DNA from: Paraglomus brasilianum
Lineage: Eukaryota
Direction: 5' to 3'
Assembly: GCA_910592345.1 (NCBI GenBank)
Contig: CAJVPI010000057.1
Location: forward strand, 1-63,992
Length of the DNA stretch: 63,992 nt
The translations under genes were made by a program, and so were the position numbers. Positions within the stretch are counted from its first letter, which is position 1; each line of letters begins with the position of its first letter. Shown one piece after another: positions 51,124 to 63,992 of this stretch. A model generated the notes under the pieces. It saw nothing but the letters and a program-made list of their open reading frames with translations. It was not told the origin of the DNA and searched no databases.

Positions 51124-51309
51124 TTATAATCGAAGTTCGACAACCAAAGTTCGAAAATTTTTAGTACAAATTTACGTAATCATATTTCGCTTAATATTAA
51201 ACCTTCCTTCATGAAATGTGTATAATACATACGCGTTAACATTGTCAACAACTTTACTTAGAGCATTGTTTGTAATTTACTTAGCAAAAATAAAAGTTTA
51301 GTATGCGAT
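51124..51309 (-). repeat. Right arm of the ~185 bp inverted repeat
   Basis: Reverse complement of 49173-49358. Confidence 0.88.
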
Positions 51310-51682
51310 CACGTGCGTGGACCGAAAAATCATCTTGTGGACACCCCTGGGTTTTGTGGCTAAAAAATGTGTAACGCAGAGAAGGTTCTCCATTATTCTC
51401 TACTGTTCTCCGCTCTCCCATAACATCTCTCGTTAGATAAATCACTCTGATGGCTAAAAAAGATTATTTCTCAAGTAGCAGCGGATACCGGTATTAGTTA
51501 CTCCTCATAACTAACTGATAAAACTTCCAAAATTGCACTTATTAAATCACTTTTCTGGCCGTTAGACTACCTGCAAAACAAATAATAAACACTCAGTCAT
51601 AACTTTACCGGGAATAAAGCTAGCAGCACTAACAGTAATTTAACCTAAAAATTGCTTTAGCAACAACCTGTATACTCTTTCC

Positions 51683-52924
51683 ATGATTTCCTCATACTCG
51701 GATGGAGGCAGCTCCCCGTATGGGCACCCAGGTGTCTTCCCCGCCCCAGCGTCGTCAGGTATACATAAACTTGGAAGAAAGCGGGTACACGAAAATGGTT
51801 TTATGCAAGATGAGTTTGCAACGAAAAAGGTTAGGCGTGTAAATAATTATACGAGTAGAGGGAATATGACAGATCGGATGGATAATTATTTCACTGTTAA
51901 CCGGAGCACTGGTAACGCAGCACAAGTGACAACAGCAGCAACCGCTTATTCTTCTAAAGTTGCCACTACTACTATCCCTCGCACGCCAACATCACAGTCG
52001 CCTCCATCTTCATCCTCGTGTCAACGTCAACGTTACTGCCATTCCACGAATCATTTGTCAATGACCGAGCCTTTGTTAACTGTCAACAGCTTATCTTCAC
52101 CACGATTAATTGATCTATCTACGGGCGAGGCTCTCGAAGCAGTTAATCCTGATACAATCGTGAGCACACGAAGAAAAGGTAACAAGCGTACTATTGATCA
52201 AGTAAATGAAAGCAAGGGAGATGAGCGTGTTATAAAAACTTTGATGGTTGGCGACATAACAGAAGAGGAGAGAAAAACGAAGGGAATGGATCAGCGTCCA
52301 TATCCCCAGAACGAATATGAAAACGATGAATGGATGTTAGACTCGACTCCACCAGATAAGAAATTTAGAATAAGTGCGAACATTGAACCAAGAGATTTTA
52401 CCAGAGAGGACACTGTAAAGGGACAGTTAAATGAGTTGCAACAATTTGGGGATTCAAACAATTATATTACGCAGGCTGCTCCCTTTATATTCGGGACGAC
52501 AATAACTTCATCAGCTCCTTCATCATCTCATTATTCAGATACGCAAGAACACCTTTCACTTACAGTTCAAAACCCGAAAAAATTAAAGCTTGCATATCAC
52601 GAGGCGCTTACAAAATACATGCGTACGCAATTAGAGTACATCTCCTCTACCATCGACGACAGTAGGAAACAGATCGTATTGTATTTACCACAGAATAAAG
52701 TATACATGGGAAATCTAGGAAAAGAGGATACACAAATGTTGATAGAGATCGATGAGAATGATAAAAATAGTGAGGCTTCGAAGATTTGGGAAATTACCGA
52801 GAATTCAAATTCACTCGACCCAAAGAGTGATATTGCTGATGATATCGAGATGAAGGACATTATAAATGAAAGTATTGCTATTGGTGATGTACATACTCAG
52901 GGTGGAGAAATGGATATTGATTGA
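51683..52924 (+). CDS. Hypothetical protein, 413 aa, largely disordered with NLS-like clusters
   Basis: Long uninterrupted ATG-initiated ORF in AT-rich DNA. GRKR, KKVRR, PDKKFR and PKKLK clusters. No domain recognised. Confidence 0.75.
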   Translation: MISSYSDGGSSPYGHPGVFPAPASSGIHKLGRKRVHENGFMQDEFATKKVRRVNNYTSRGNMTDRMDNYFTVNRSTGNAAQVTTAATAYSSKVATTTIPRTPTSQSPPSSSSCQRQRYCHSTNHLSMTEPLLTVNSLSSPRLIDLSTGEALEAVNPDTIVSTRRKGNKRTIDQVNESKGDERVIKTLMVGDITEEERKTKGMDQRPYPQNEYENDEWMLDSTPPDKKFRISANIEPRDFTREDTVKGQLNELQQFGDSNNYITQAAPFIFGTTITSSAPSSSHYSDTQEHLSLTVQNPKKLKLAYHEALTKYMRTQLEYISSTIDDSRKQIVLYLPQNKVYMGNLGKEDTQMLIEIDENDKNSEASKIWEITENSNSLDPKSDIADDIEMKDIINESIAIGDVHTQGGEMDID

Positions 52925-53311
52925 TAATACTTTGAGATCATAAATAGAAAATCAATGGCAATGATGTTATTTTCCATTTAGACGATTAAACAATAAATAA
53001 TAAAGTATAAGTAACAGCTAAAACAGTATTGTAATTAAAGTCGGCGATTCAATCATATTCATGTTAACATGTATGATGTAGTAGATTACTTTTGACGATA
53101 AACAACTTAATGTCAAGTAGAAAATTACTTACAAATGCAATAGTATTCAGGATCTAATATAACTAGTGTAATGCAATGCGATTGAGCAACAACTTGACCT
53201 GAATCAATCGTACAATTTTTAGTGAATATTTCTTGGTTTTGGTGGCAGGTGCAGATATCACATTTGAAAGACTAACAACCTTCTTAACAAGTTTCGTAGA
53301 ATGTCTTTCTT

Positions 53312-53639
53312 TTATCTCCGCAAAATAGTCTCTGGTAATGACTTGCTGTAGAGAAACAAGACAGAAATTAGATTGTTGAGAAAAGGCAATTCAGTAAAAA
53401 CGTTGATGACAAACGTTTCAACCCAAGATAGAAAACAGAGTACGCAGGTGAAGCATATACACACCAAGCATTGAGGCTACAATACAAAAAGTTACTAGGA
53501 TGGGTTTCGAGCAAAGAAAAGGCTACAATTTTTCATGATGAAACCGTGGTTCACAGTTTAGTTAGCTTTGGGTGAGCCATTTTTAGGAAAGGTTTGCCAT
53601 GGCTAACCTGCCTATGCTTGGAAGAAAGAAGCGTTGCAT
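53312..53639 (-). other. Possible spliced micro-ORF (21 aa) or non-coding exon pair
   Basis: ATG at 53639, donor CAG|GTTAGC, branch-like CTAAT and a strong TTGTTTCTCTACAG acceptor at 53346. Product MQRFFLPSIGSKSLPETILRR. Confidence 0.25.
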
Positions 53640-54639
53640 AAATATTATAGTGTAGAAGCGATCTATACAAAATGGGTTGCATGAACGTATGTACGGAGCT
53701 TATTAATAATAGGAATTAACGTCATATGACAGAAACACAAGACGAGCTATGAACTAAATTAGATATCTCCAATATTGCAAAAGTTTAATTTTTCGACACA
53801 GTAAAAGAGTTATTTCTTAATTTTTCTTGCTTTTCATTTTCTCTTAGAGAAAACCATGTTTAAGCGTGATTGATAAGACATAATACACAAGAGATTAATA
53901 AGTCTCCATCCGTCATATTGTTTTTGCTGCTTCTTTGTCGTTTCTTCTATCCGATCGATAAGTTAGTAATTATTCGTTATGTTCATTCGTCAATTCATTA
54001 GATCCGCGTATTAATTTTCGATTAATCGGAATAGTCAGTATATAGAACATCAAAAACATAGGAACATAGGGTATCGAATTATTGGCTGCTAAATGCCTTA
54101 ATAGTAAAGTCTTTCTTTTCAAAAATCTCTGTAAAACAGAGATTGTGCATTGTAGATGAAAAAGTACATAATCTTTGTGCATTATATAAAGTCAAAAGCG
54201 ATTCATCACAAAATAAGCAAAGACATGTTGTATTTGCTAACAATAGAACCTAATAATTGTAACAAGACTATTATCCATTTTGCAAGACATTTCAATATAA
54301 AATACTATACACTGGTACAAATATATAATAATGACTCTTATTTAACGTACTGTGTATAGTTTATTAGACAGGCTATGGTAAAGTGACTGACGCCACCATA
54401 AAATTTGCTTGTACTTTCGAACAAACGAAATTGCGATGAAATTTTTTATATCGAAGATTTACTAGACAGGTTAGCCTGTAATACATTCGTATTTCTCTGA
54501 CTAAAGTACCTCCCGAGTAAAATACCCCTCAGCAGTTTTGAGGCCTGATTTTGTAAAAGACCCGGATACTATTAAAAGGTACTTGAGTAAAATATGTACT
54601 CTACCATATTAGTAAAACGATCGGGGGGAAAAATGAGCC

Positions 54640-55131
54640 GTGAGAACTAACGATACTCTATTTTGCTTCTTGGAAAACTGGCATCCACGAAGAGTTGGTG
54701 AACAAGCATTGTCTATCAGCACAATTAGACGCTGGCTACATTCAAAGACGAGGAAGAAGAAATTAAAGACAAGCTCGTTCTGGACGTCCTCGCGAAGCAG
54801 TGACGTCAGAAAAAATTACCAAGTTCGAGGACCTTGTTAGCAATAACTCGCACATTCTATTAAAGAATTAGCAAACGAAATCGGCATTTTTCGTGAAAGA
54901 ATTTCCTACATTTTGCATGATGAGCACAATCGCTCGTGACGTCATGCTTCGTCACGACAATGCCGCACCAGACTTGTGATTTTTTTTATTCCCTCGAATC
55001 AAAAGGGAAAGAGATTTGGCAAGGGCTGTTCAGGCAGTTGCTGAAATCATCCCAAAAACCGACTATGGGAAGTCTTTCCAGAATTGGCGAAATAAAGGTC
55101 CACGCGCAAAACTTTTCTGGACACAATTTTA
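54640..55131 (+). mobile_element. mariner (Mos1/SETMAR-like) transposase relic, internally deleted
   Basis: VGEQALSISTIRRW, RSGRPREA, ISIKELANEIGI..ISYILH, HDNA and PDL..DFF fragments. TIR-like AAAACTTTTCTGGACAC near 55108-55124. Confidence 0.78.
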
Positions 55132-55593
55132 TGCAAACGTATTCTCAGATCGGGTGTTTTCCACAAGCCAATGACTCGGAAAAATATGCCACAAGTCCTG
55201 AAATACCCATCGAATTTATGGCGCATTGTTTAATCGTTATAACCCTGTCTACTGAATGGCCAAGGCAGAGGCCCATGAGCGATACAGTCGTGTCGCATTT
55301 AAAACATGTTCATAATATAAGTAAATAAGGACGCCTTCATTCATTGCTTTTATTGTTTCGTGTATATAATAGTGGCATTTGCTAGCTAAACATTAATTGA
55401 TATCACTTACATTTTCGTAATGGGATGCAACTGTCCGCCATTCCGAAAATCAATAAGAAGTGAAACTTGCCTCAAAAGACTCATAAAGGAAGTAATGGAA
55501 TTAAAGATAGTAGATATTAAATACTATTATATATGTTTTCACGACTGGAGGAAAAAGTTAGTAAGTTTTTGTAATATACAGCAAAAACATGAG

Positions 55594-58500
55594 TTAGACT
55601 TTCTTTCTCGCAATTCTTTCCAAATATCTCTCATGCTTCTTATTTTCAATATATGTATCATCGAATTGATGTTCCAGATATTCTTTGAACGATGGAAACA
55701 AACCAATCCAGAAATCGATATCAGGAATGTTTGGTTTCTGTGCACGAAGAGTACGATAAAGGTTTTGGCGAGATGGAAGCCAAGCTAAATAAAGAATGAA
55801 CCTAAATGAATATCATCTCATTGTTACTAAACGACACACAAACTCATTAGTGTAAATACCAGTTCCTGAACGATCTTCAAATAGTTTCACACCTCTGCAT
55901 ACGCCAGATGTTAACATTTCTATCTTCTCGCGCGAACACGGCATATTGGGTTTCTGGATTGCTTTCACGATCTGAGCATATACTTTGCGCCCTCTGAATC
56001 TGACGTTTAACATCAGCATACCAGCTGCTTCCTCCATAGAATCAGCTTCCCAAAAGCTTAATCCTATAGCATTATCCTCTTGACGCGTATACGACTCAAT
56101 TATATCATTCATTATTCGTTTGGTGGTTCTATTAACGTAATCGTTGAAATTCTCCGATATAATAATATCTGCAGTAACTTCCGAAAATGGTTCGTAAAAT
56201 GACGGTGGATCCGCCGCCGCTGCCTCACGTCTTGTTGAATTCTGTCGATGATTGAATGCCTGCAAGAAAGTAGCCAAGAAAACCTTAGGACTAAATGATG
56301 CATAAAACTTATGTGCTAGTTTGGTATCATCCTCAGTGAAGTTACGAAGATCGGGTGCCTCGGTTACAACAGGCGTTGCATTAGTAATAGCGTATTCAAA
56401 TAATTTATTGAAGCGCAGAACAATTTCAACTCGATGCATTGTCTCCCTCTTAATTGTCACAATAGCTGTCTTGGTTGTTTCGGGCATTCCATATGTATTC
56501 GCATCATAATAGATAGTTCTAATAATAGGCTGTTTGAATTTGGGTTTTATGGCTACTTCCATTTGGTCTTCTATCTTTTCATTGCCTACAATAGATGATT
56601 CAGTTGCTGCGTGGAATGCTGACACATATCTATTGTAAGTAGTCTTGGATGCCTCCTTAATCTGCTTAAGGTAGGTGGTGTATGCTTGTTCGAATTCGTC
56701 TCTTGGGACATCAAAGTATTTCGTTTGATCAATACCAAGAGCTGTCTGAATATTTTCAAAGTGATTGTCTATTACACTGATTGATATATTAAGTCTTCGT
56801 CGTATATTCTCCTCAATCAGGTACTTAACCATTCCTCCATCGAGCCATGTCTGTAAACTCTGTGCGGATACATCACCACATCTGAAAGCGCAAAGCAAAT
56901 GACCAAGGAATACATCATTGTTTGCAACAACATCAATGGTCCGGTTAAGTGGTGAAGCTAGATATTTTGCAAAGAGCTGTTTGTTCTCTTCTCGCAGGTT
57001 GGTAGACTGTTTATAGATAGCATCACAAGTCTCTAATATCAATTTCAATTGCCATTGTCTGAATTGAGTAGAAGTGTCTGAGAGTGCCGCTGCTAATACC
57101 AAAAATGGAATTGTCGTCATCTGACTATATGTATAGCCTAATACATCAAGAGTCGTGATGTATCCCATTATTGGTTTCATCTTCTCTTTAGCAATTAACC
57201 AGTGCTTATCATTAATATAGAGAGGAAGTACACCTAAGCATCCATATATAAATATTATTAGCCATTACATAGAATGATAATCACACATTAATATATCTAT
57301 ACAAACCTGTAATATCTTCCCTAGCCAATCCTTTCAAAATGCTCGCACTGAATGAACTGCCACTAAATCCACCATGAACGTCTTCTGCACTTTGTGCTTC
57401 GTCAAGAGCATATTTGACCGCATTCATGAAAGCATCAGACGTCAAAAATGATTGATTTATCTTCTTGATTCTCATCTGGGTTGGATCGGCTATTGCAGCC
57501 TGAGAGCGTCCCAAATCAAGAGTAAGACAGAGACATTCTCCTTCCCTCATTGCTTCGACGTAGTTATCTATTGTAATGTTATTCAACAAAGTCAGCCAAT
57601 GGTTTTACAATAACTTTATCGATTTTTCTGTCGATACACTAACCGGTTGTAAGAGCGCAAGTAAAGGTGCGCAAGTTTTCCGATGTCTCCTCCTCTTCTA
57701 ATTTGTCGAAATCTAGAGTATTAACAACATTCTTTATTCTCTCTTCCACGGCCTCCATCTGTTCCACATTTTTCATGATACGACTGTCCAATTTCTTTTT
57801 CAACCGTTGCTTTGTAACGTTCTTGTACGCAAGATCATTGAAACTGGCAATCTTTTCATTCGTTAAAGTACCCTTTAAGGCTCTAGAAGAGGTAATACAA
57901 CCGCAGTGTTTAAATTTGAGTACCGAGAAAACAACATCTAATGAATTACTCACTCTGACAATAGCCCATTGAAACGATTTAGAATAGCTTTAGTTTCCAT
58001 ACACAGTTGTATTGTTACATTACGATGTGCTGATTTGGTTTTGAAAGCACGTTCGAGTGTAAGATTTAGCTTTTCATCATATTTACTAGTTTCGTCAGAA
58101 ATGTTATTGAGGACTTTACGATTGTTGTGAGTGAGATTAATGACTTCATTGCTTAGTCGAGTGATCTCTCGCTGAATAAAATAGATATATAATAGATTTG
58201 CTTCCGGCGAATTTTCTTCAACGCGACGTATCAAATTAATTCTTTCGTTCTCTATTCCATCTTTATCCTTTATAAGAAGTATCTGCCTTTTTTCAAGATT
58301 AGTCACTTGTTCATTGGGTAGGATGACAGTACCCTTGCCTTCGTCGTTAATAGAAATACGCGCTGACTCGAATTCATCGACTTTAAGATGCAAAGTGCGA
58401 TCTTCCAGACTGAGTAAATCCAGTGTAACGCTCATTGTCTCTGGAATATCACTTGAGCTTTTCACATATTGGAAATTTCCCTGGTTCGTACCAGCAGTCG

Positions 58501-59216
58501 TAAGCCACGACAACAATGCTACAAATAATACAAATTAATTGTAATTAGTTTATAGTTTATAGCAACCTGATTATTATGGGTACTTACCAGCATCATGACC
58601 AGAAGTGAATCCAATAGTATGAACCTCGACAGCGACATTTGAGTCAGCAAATGTTTTTGCCAGCCGCAATTTGTCTTCTGCATTGAGACCGCAGCCATCT
58701 TGTCCATCAGTGAAGAAGATTATCACCAAATCGTGTTTTGCTCTGTAAATGTTATCACGAATCGAGGTGAAGACACTTCCGAAGCTAGTACCTGCATTTC
58801 GATTGTAACACAAGCATTGGTTATACATTTCTCAGACATATTAATATTCACATAATTATTTGCTTACCTCCTCCTGCATTCACGTTGTCAAAATATCTTC
58901 TAATGCCATCATTAGCCCATCTTAATTCGGGATGCTCTTCAAATGGAACAACTTGACAAGAATGATGGAAAAAGAAACATGTTATATCTGTCTCCAAGAC
59001 AGCTCCGGTGGACAGAAGTTTCTCGAGCAGTGTTAATATGGCAGCTTTCGCTTGAGTAATGCCTGACCCAGACATAGAGCCAGATATATCAAGTGCAATA
59101 AACAAGGAAATTCGACGTGAAGTAAACCATTGCGAAAGAATATGTTGAGGAACAAAAGCAGATAGTACAGTCTTGTCTTGAGTCAATGGAAGATAGGAAA
59201 CCTCAGCTTGCGTCAT
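55594..59216 (-). CDS. von Willebrand factor A (VWA) domain protein, ~7 exons
   Basis: MIDAS LDISGSMSG, GG|GTSF, FFTDGQD and HTIGF. Successive minus-strand ORFs are joined by short GT-AG introns. The last exon ends ..RIARKKV* at 55594. Confidence 0.85.
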
Positions 59217-60947
59217 GTTTATGATTTGAGTTGATCCTTGCAAATATCACATACAATTTATAAGGAAAATAAACTGCGGATTTTAACTGCTGCGGGTCAA
59301 TACGTTCCATAAAAGCAATTCTGCAGATTTATTATTCTTCGAATTTGGTTGAATACGCTAATCTGTGAATATTTCATTGAGTCCCCTCTTGCGTCTTTCA
59401 ATCCATCGAACAGCCTACGGCTGGCTTCTACCATTGAAGAGTTTTTATATTTGAATGCAGAAAGTATACCTGTCTGGCACGATATTTAATACGTTTACGG
59501 GTTAGTCAACGGACTCGATGAACACGAACAAATTATTTAATAATTATTGTCCTCTTTGAGCAACATAAATACTTCAGCCTGATGGACAATATGCTGATGT
59601 AACTGTGCATCTTGTCTGCGGTATTGTGCGAGTATACACTGCATCTTAAATCTGCGCACTAAGACTTATATCAGTTCCCCCACTGTCGAGACGTGATCTG
59701 ATTTTATTATCCAACCGATGATAGTTTAATCCGTTTGGAGTTGAATCTTCTTATACTTCCGATAATGCATCCATTGTCTTTTAGTCGATTTATCTTGCTC
59801 TTGGGTGTTTCATTGCGCGATGCCCAGAACTAAATTGTTAATATCTGGAAAGACGCAGAACACTGCTTGGAAAAATATTTATTCTTTGCCGTAAAATAAT
59901 ACACTAGCGTAGTACATACATTTCCGAGATACTACGGATCGTTCTTCTCACGACACAAAATTTCAGCCCCTGAGTTGAGTACCGTTACAACTTCACATAG
60001 TTCCGTCACTTTTACCAGTATTGATTAACCCATATTGGGATCTGATCATAGGGCTTATATCAGTGACCATTACAATAGTAGAATGTTTACGTGCTAGTCG
60101 TATTTGGAATTAAGGTTTTTCTCATAAGAAGTGGTTGTTTTAAGGTGAAACAAATTATACATAGCACGAAAGAAGGTTGGCTTACCGCGAGTTTACATAT
60201 GTCGACCGACTTACTGAAAGATTTCAATATTGAGACCGAGTTAGGCCAAAACCAACTTGCCTGCGTACGTCCTGGAATATCTTAATTTATACGAAATTGG
60301 TAATATTGACCATAAACGGGATTTAAAATAACAGATTGAAGTCAGAGTGTAGATTAACTGTTATTTTAACTGATGTTAATAGTTACCGTATTCTTTGGAA
60401 AATATGTTTGTTATAGTGTTGCTTATTTTCGGGTAGTTTATTAAAACGAAAGAAATTACCACTGACTTCGTCATTGGCGAGGATGATATCATTGACATCA
60501 TCGATGAGACTCATATCACTCGATTAATCATTTCCGACAATTTTCTTTATTGTAATAATAAAATAATCAATTGAATGCATTTATAAAGGTAAATTATTTA
60601 TTCTGAAGTGTTGCTTATTTTCGGGTGTTGCTTATTTTTGGTATTATACGATATTTTTATGTTATTTAAATACTTAAATATCCTCGCTGGTATCATAGTC
60701 ATTCGTTATAAAAGAAAAAGAAACGTACTTATGGAATATTGGAAACTTGTAGTAAACCTATTAATGTACAGTATTTAAATAAATACCTAAACTGGAAAAG
60801 ATTGAAGCGGCGGGTGTCGAAGGCTAGCTAGTGAAAAAATGCCAAGCAAACGCTATCATTAGTCTGATTGTTCGTCAAGAAATCGTTCACGTAAAGGGCG
60901 GCGAGAATAATGATAATGCCGAATAATATTTATAGACATTGTTGTGC

Positions 60948-61059
60948 CTGAATTTGAGACCTGTCTCAGTTCAGAACCCAGTCACTCAGTTCAAAACCCA
61001 GTCACTCAGTCCAGACCTCGATTGTCTCGGTCCAGAACTGAGACAGGTCCCCAACTGAG
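60948..61059. repeat. Palindromic MITE-like element with CTCAGT/ACTGAG subrepeats
   Basis: GACCTGTCTCAGTTC...GAACTGAGACAGGTC. An inverted second copy lies at 63133-63210. Confidence 0.75.
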
Positions 61060-61791
61060 ATACAACACTCTGTAACATTTAAAACTAGCTTTAGCACGTT
61101 TTTGCGTGGCTTGGCAATAAAGCTGTACTCGACTATACTGCAAGGCGATAAGCGTGACATATTCATCCTATTTCTGCGACAGCTACAGCAAGACCCGAAA
61201 TTAGTGACCAAAAACCTCTCACGATCAATATTTTCGCATTTGGCCAAAAACACCTCGCGTTTTTATAATAAAGTGTCAGAGGTAGAATGGAGAAATGGCA
61301 TCGTCCGCGGTTACAAAATGTACTTAATTCCTTAATAAAATATGATTGCGTTTGTCCTATTGTTAATCAGGGGGTCTCTAGCTTCCAGTCGATAAAGATG
61401 CTTTACTTTAATCGGCGTAAACCGCGTTAAATTATCACCTGTACAGTTTTGGTTATCAAATTCTTCCTGATATTTAGGAAATACGCATTATTTAGGAGCG
61501 TATTGACAAAGAATCCCGTGAGCGTGGTAACCGTGAAAGCTAAATTCAAATAAGTGTGTTACATAGAGTACTACATGATTGGGAATAGGGATTATGGAAA
61601 ATTGGGGATAGGAATTTATCTAGAGTGGGATGCAATTGAAAAACAAGGGAATCTGTCCAGCATTAAAGTTGGGATATAAGTGGGAGATATAACTGAGATA
61701 GAACTGTAACCTTTTTTGTTTCAGCAAGTTATGAATGTTCAATTGTAGAATGACACTTCAGCAAGACAGTGACCCAAAGAATGTATATGCC

Positions 61792-62486
61792 TGTCGTGCC
61801 GACTATCACGGGAAAGCAGGTAATAATCGACACTTGGTATTTAGCAAGCTTCGGCAGAGCGTGGCGCCTCCTTCTCTAGATAAATCTTGGGTTATAGTTA
61901 GTGATCTTGTTTAATCAGGGCTTTGTACTTACGAAAACCTTCCCGTCGTAGAGTGACACTAATCCTGGATATATTAATTGTACTCGAGTAACTCTGTCGG
62001 TTACTATCGTGGGATTAATTCGATAGCCTCCCGTTGGGGTACACTGGTGTATGATTAAGAATAAACGCGTTTCTGAATAACAATTAAATATCGTAATTCG
62101 CCACTCAGATAATCGCGGGACAAGGGCGATTATCCTTCGTTGATATACGGATAAATGTGGTACTCGTTTATTGACATTAATATTATGAAATAAAAGAAAC
62201 TTAAGGAATCAAATTCACACACCGATTCTAGCTGAGATCTATGCTGCTTATATATCTTTTGAGCGGACTAACTGATTAATCTATTTTTAGCAGCTATTAC
62301 TAATTATCTAAGCTGTTATCCTCAGTATACTTTATTACTTTTACAGCGATGCTGTATTGCTGTTAATTTACTTTCTATTATTATTATTATTATTTTCGCA
62401 GCGATGGTGCTGCAAATTCCGCAGCGGCGCTGGTGTTACTGTCGATCGGATTGATTTTTGTGGCACAGTCGCCAAGTACCACAACA
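61792..62486 (-). mobile_element. Solo-LTR-like element, family A copy 3 (more diverged)
   Basis: Minus strand reads TGTTGTGG...GGCACGACA and shares AAAGATATATAAGCAG, CAGCTAGA, GAGGCGCCACGCTC and CCAAGTGTCGATTA blocks. Confidence 0.78.
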
Positions 62487-62529
62487 TAGTTAAAAGAAAA
62501 GAAAGTAACCAATCTTAGTTAACCATAAT

Positions 62530-62882
62530 TGTTACGTTCAGTCACCTCCTCGGAGAGCGTTTGTGTTCAAATTGACCGGGGTTTTCTTCGCGAGGCGGCT
62601 GCGCTCCCTCACCGCGACAATAGAACCCTGTAGCGTCGATGCTTAGTGTTGAGGCCACCGACTTAGCCAACTTTATTATACTACTTAAGTATATCTTTAT
62701 AATTCTATCTCTAAGATCGGACATTATAACTAATTATTTCTTTAGAGGATAATTTCCTTCTTGCTAGACAAGTGATTTTACGTCGACTATTATCTTTTAT
62801 GATTTGTGTTTCGTAGTACATTTGTTCGCAGACTTACATTGGGATCGTGTCTCGAATATATCTTAGGCAACAGATATATTCT
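62530..62882 (-). mobile_element. 3' part of LTR-like family C
   Basis: Minus strand ends AACGCTCTCCGAGG...CGTAACA (same AACGCTCTCC subterminal motif as family B, with a CA end). Homologous to 47010-47223. Confidence 0.6.
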
Positions 62883-63132
62883 TTCTATACTATCCGTAAT
62901 ATATAAAATATATGACAATTAAATAAGAATTATAACACTTCAAATCTAATAATGGCCTATTAGTTTCGTTAATATATATTTAGGGAATTAATAACATCAT
63001 ACAGAAGACGACGAATAATATATCACCGAAGGTCAGGTTCAACACACGAGTTAGAATGGCAATCAAATACAAAGTAAATAGCTAAAATTTGGCGGGATAT
63101 TAGCTCTAAACGTGGTCTTACTCGTGTTGTAC

Positions 63133-63210
63133 CTCAGTTGGGGACCTGTCTCAGTTCTGGACTGAGACAACTGAGTTCTGGACTGAGTGTCTGGGATCCG
63201 AACTGAGACA
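63133..63210. repeat. Second (partial) copy of the CTCAGT-subrepeat element
   Basis: CTCAGTTGGGGACCTGTCTCAGTTCTGGAC is the reverse complement of 61030-61059. Confidence 0.8.
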
Positions 63211-63992
63211 ACTTTACTAAACTATCTCAACACATTCAACACACTCAAAACAATAGAATTTTGCGAGCGTTTTTATAAGCAGGTGGGGCGCACTTTTTTG
63301 ACTTTGTCACGCACTAAGTTTTGTATTATGTTTTCTGTGAATTTGTTGATTGTTACTGGGAACATTTGCGGATGCGGCATATTTTTAAATTGCGAAATCG
63401 ATGACGTCGGCTTCCGTCAACGCCATCGAAATTCAATAATTAAGGTGATATTGATGATTGGAAGCACAGTCACGTTTGTACTAGTCTACTCTCTTTGAAC
63501 CATCTAAGTGATACTTTTCCCTGTGGTTTAAGTTGTAAACTTTTTTTCCCAGCAAAAGGGAAAGAAGCTCTTGTACAGCATACTAGTAGGAAGATTACAG
63601 TTCATAAGTGTTACAGCTGTTTTTATGTAAAAGGCATAATGTTTCAAATTATGTTCTAATTAGTTTAGTAAACGACAGCATGAGCTTAAAATAGATGGAT
63701 GTATTCCACACTGTATGAAATATTAATAATAGAGTATCTTGGAAATGTCCATGTATTCAAATGAAATAAATGGTTTTTATTAAATACTAATAAAAAACCA
63801 ATTAATTATAAACAAGTTAAATTCACGCTCAACTTTCTTAATTGGATGTGCCCAACAGATATTTCTTAAATACGAGCTTGTTAATAAACACTCGATCGAA
63901 ATATGACCGAATTTAAAACTCTGATAAAACTACGCTTTTCTTTTTTAGGTTACCCCACAAAAATTGTTTATGCATCCCGCATGGAAAATGTA

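Noticed and set aside
1..63992. tRNA or rRNA genes
   Set aside because: No cloverleaf with A/B boxes and no rRNA-like sequence noticed by eye. A tRNAscan-SE or Infernal run would be needed to exclude them.

Overview
AT-rich, intron-containing eukaryotic DNA, most likely from an early-diverging fungus (Mucoromycota, probably Glomeromycotina). This taxon call is inferred from gene content and repeat style, not from a database search. Ten apparently intact genes are present: IP6 kinase (Kcs1-like), a DNase I-family nuclease, a mitochondrial carrier, TLDc protein Rtc5, a GliK-like gamma-glutamylcyclotransferase, eIF2B-epsilon, Dis3L2/Ssd1, a CREB-like bZIP, an orphan ORF and a VWA protein. Between them lies a dense layer of relics: two decayed Fanzor2/IS607-TnpB copies, a CpG-eroded AAA-ATPase-like pseudogene, pogo, Tc1 and mariner fragments, MITEs, and three families of solo-LTR-like elements. 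Four observations stand out. (i) The ~420 nt 3' halves of three diverged LTR-like copies keep the same hairpins through compensatory base changes, suggesting an uncharacterised structured RNA. (ii) The longer Fanzor2 relic has a possible omegaRNA tail and is flanked by histone H4-like fragments. (iii) A ~100 bp palindromic double-CCAAT module recurs near gene starts. (iv) The Dis3L2 keeps its catalytic motif while carrying an Ssd1-type Cbk1 regulatory region. All exon boundaries and alignments were read by eye.
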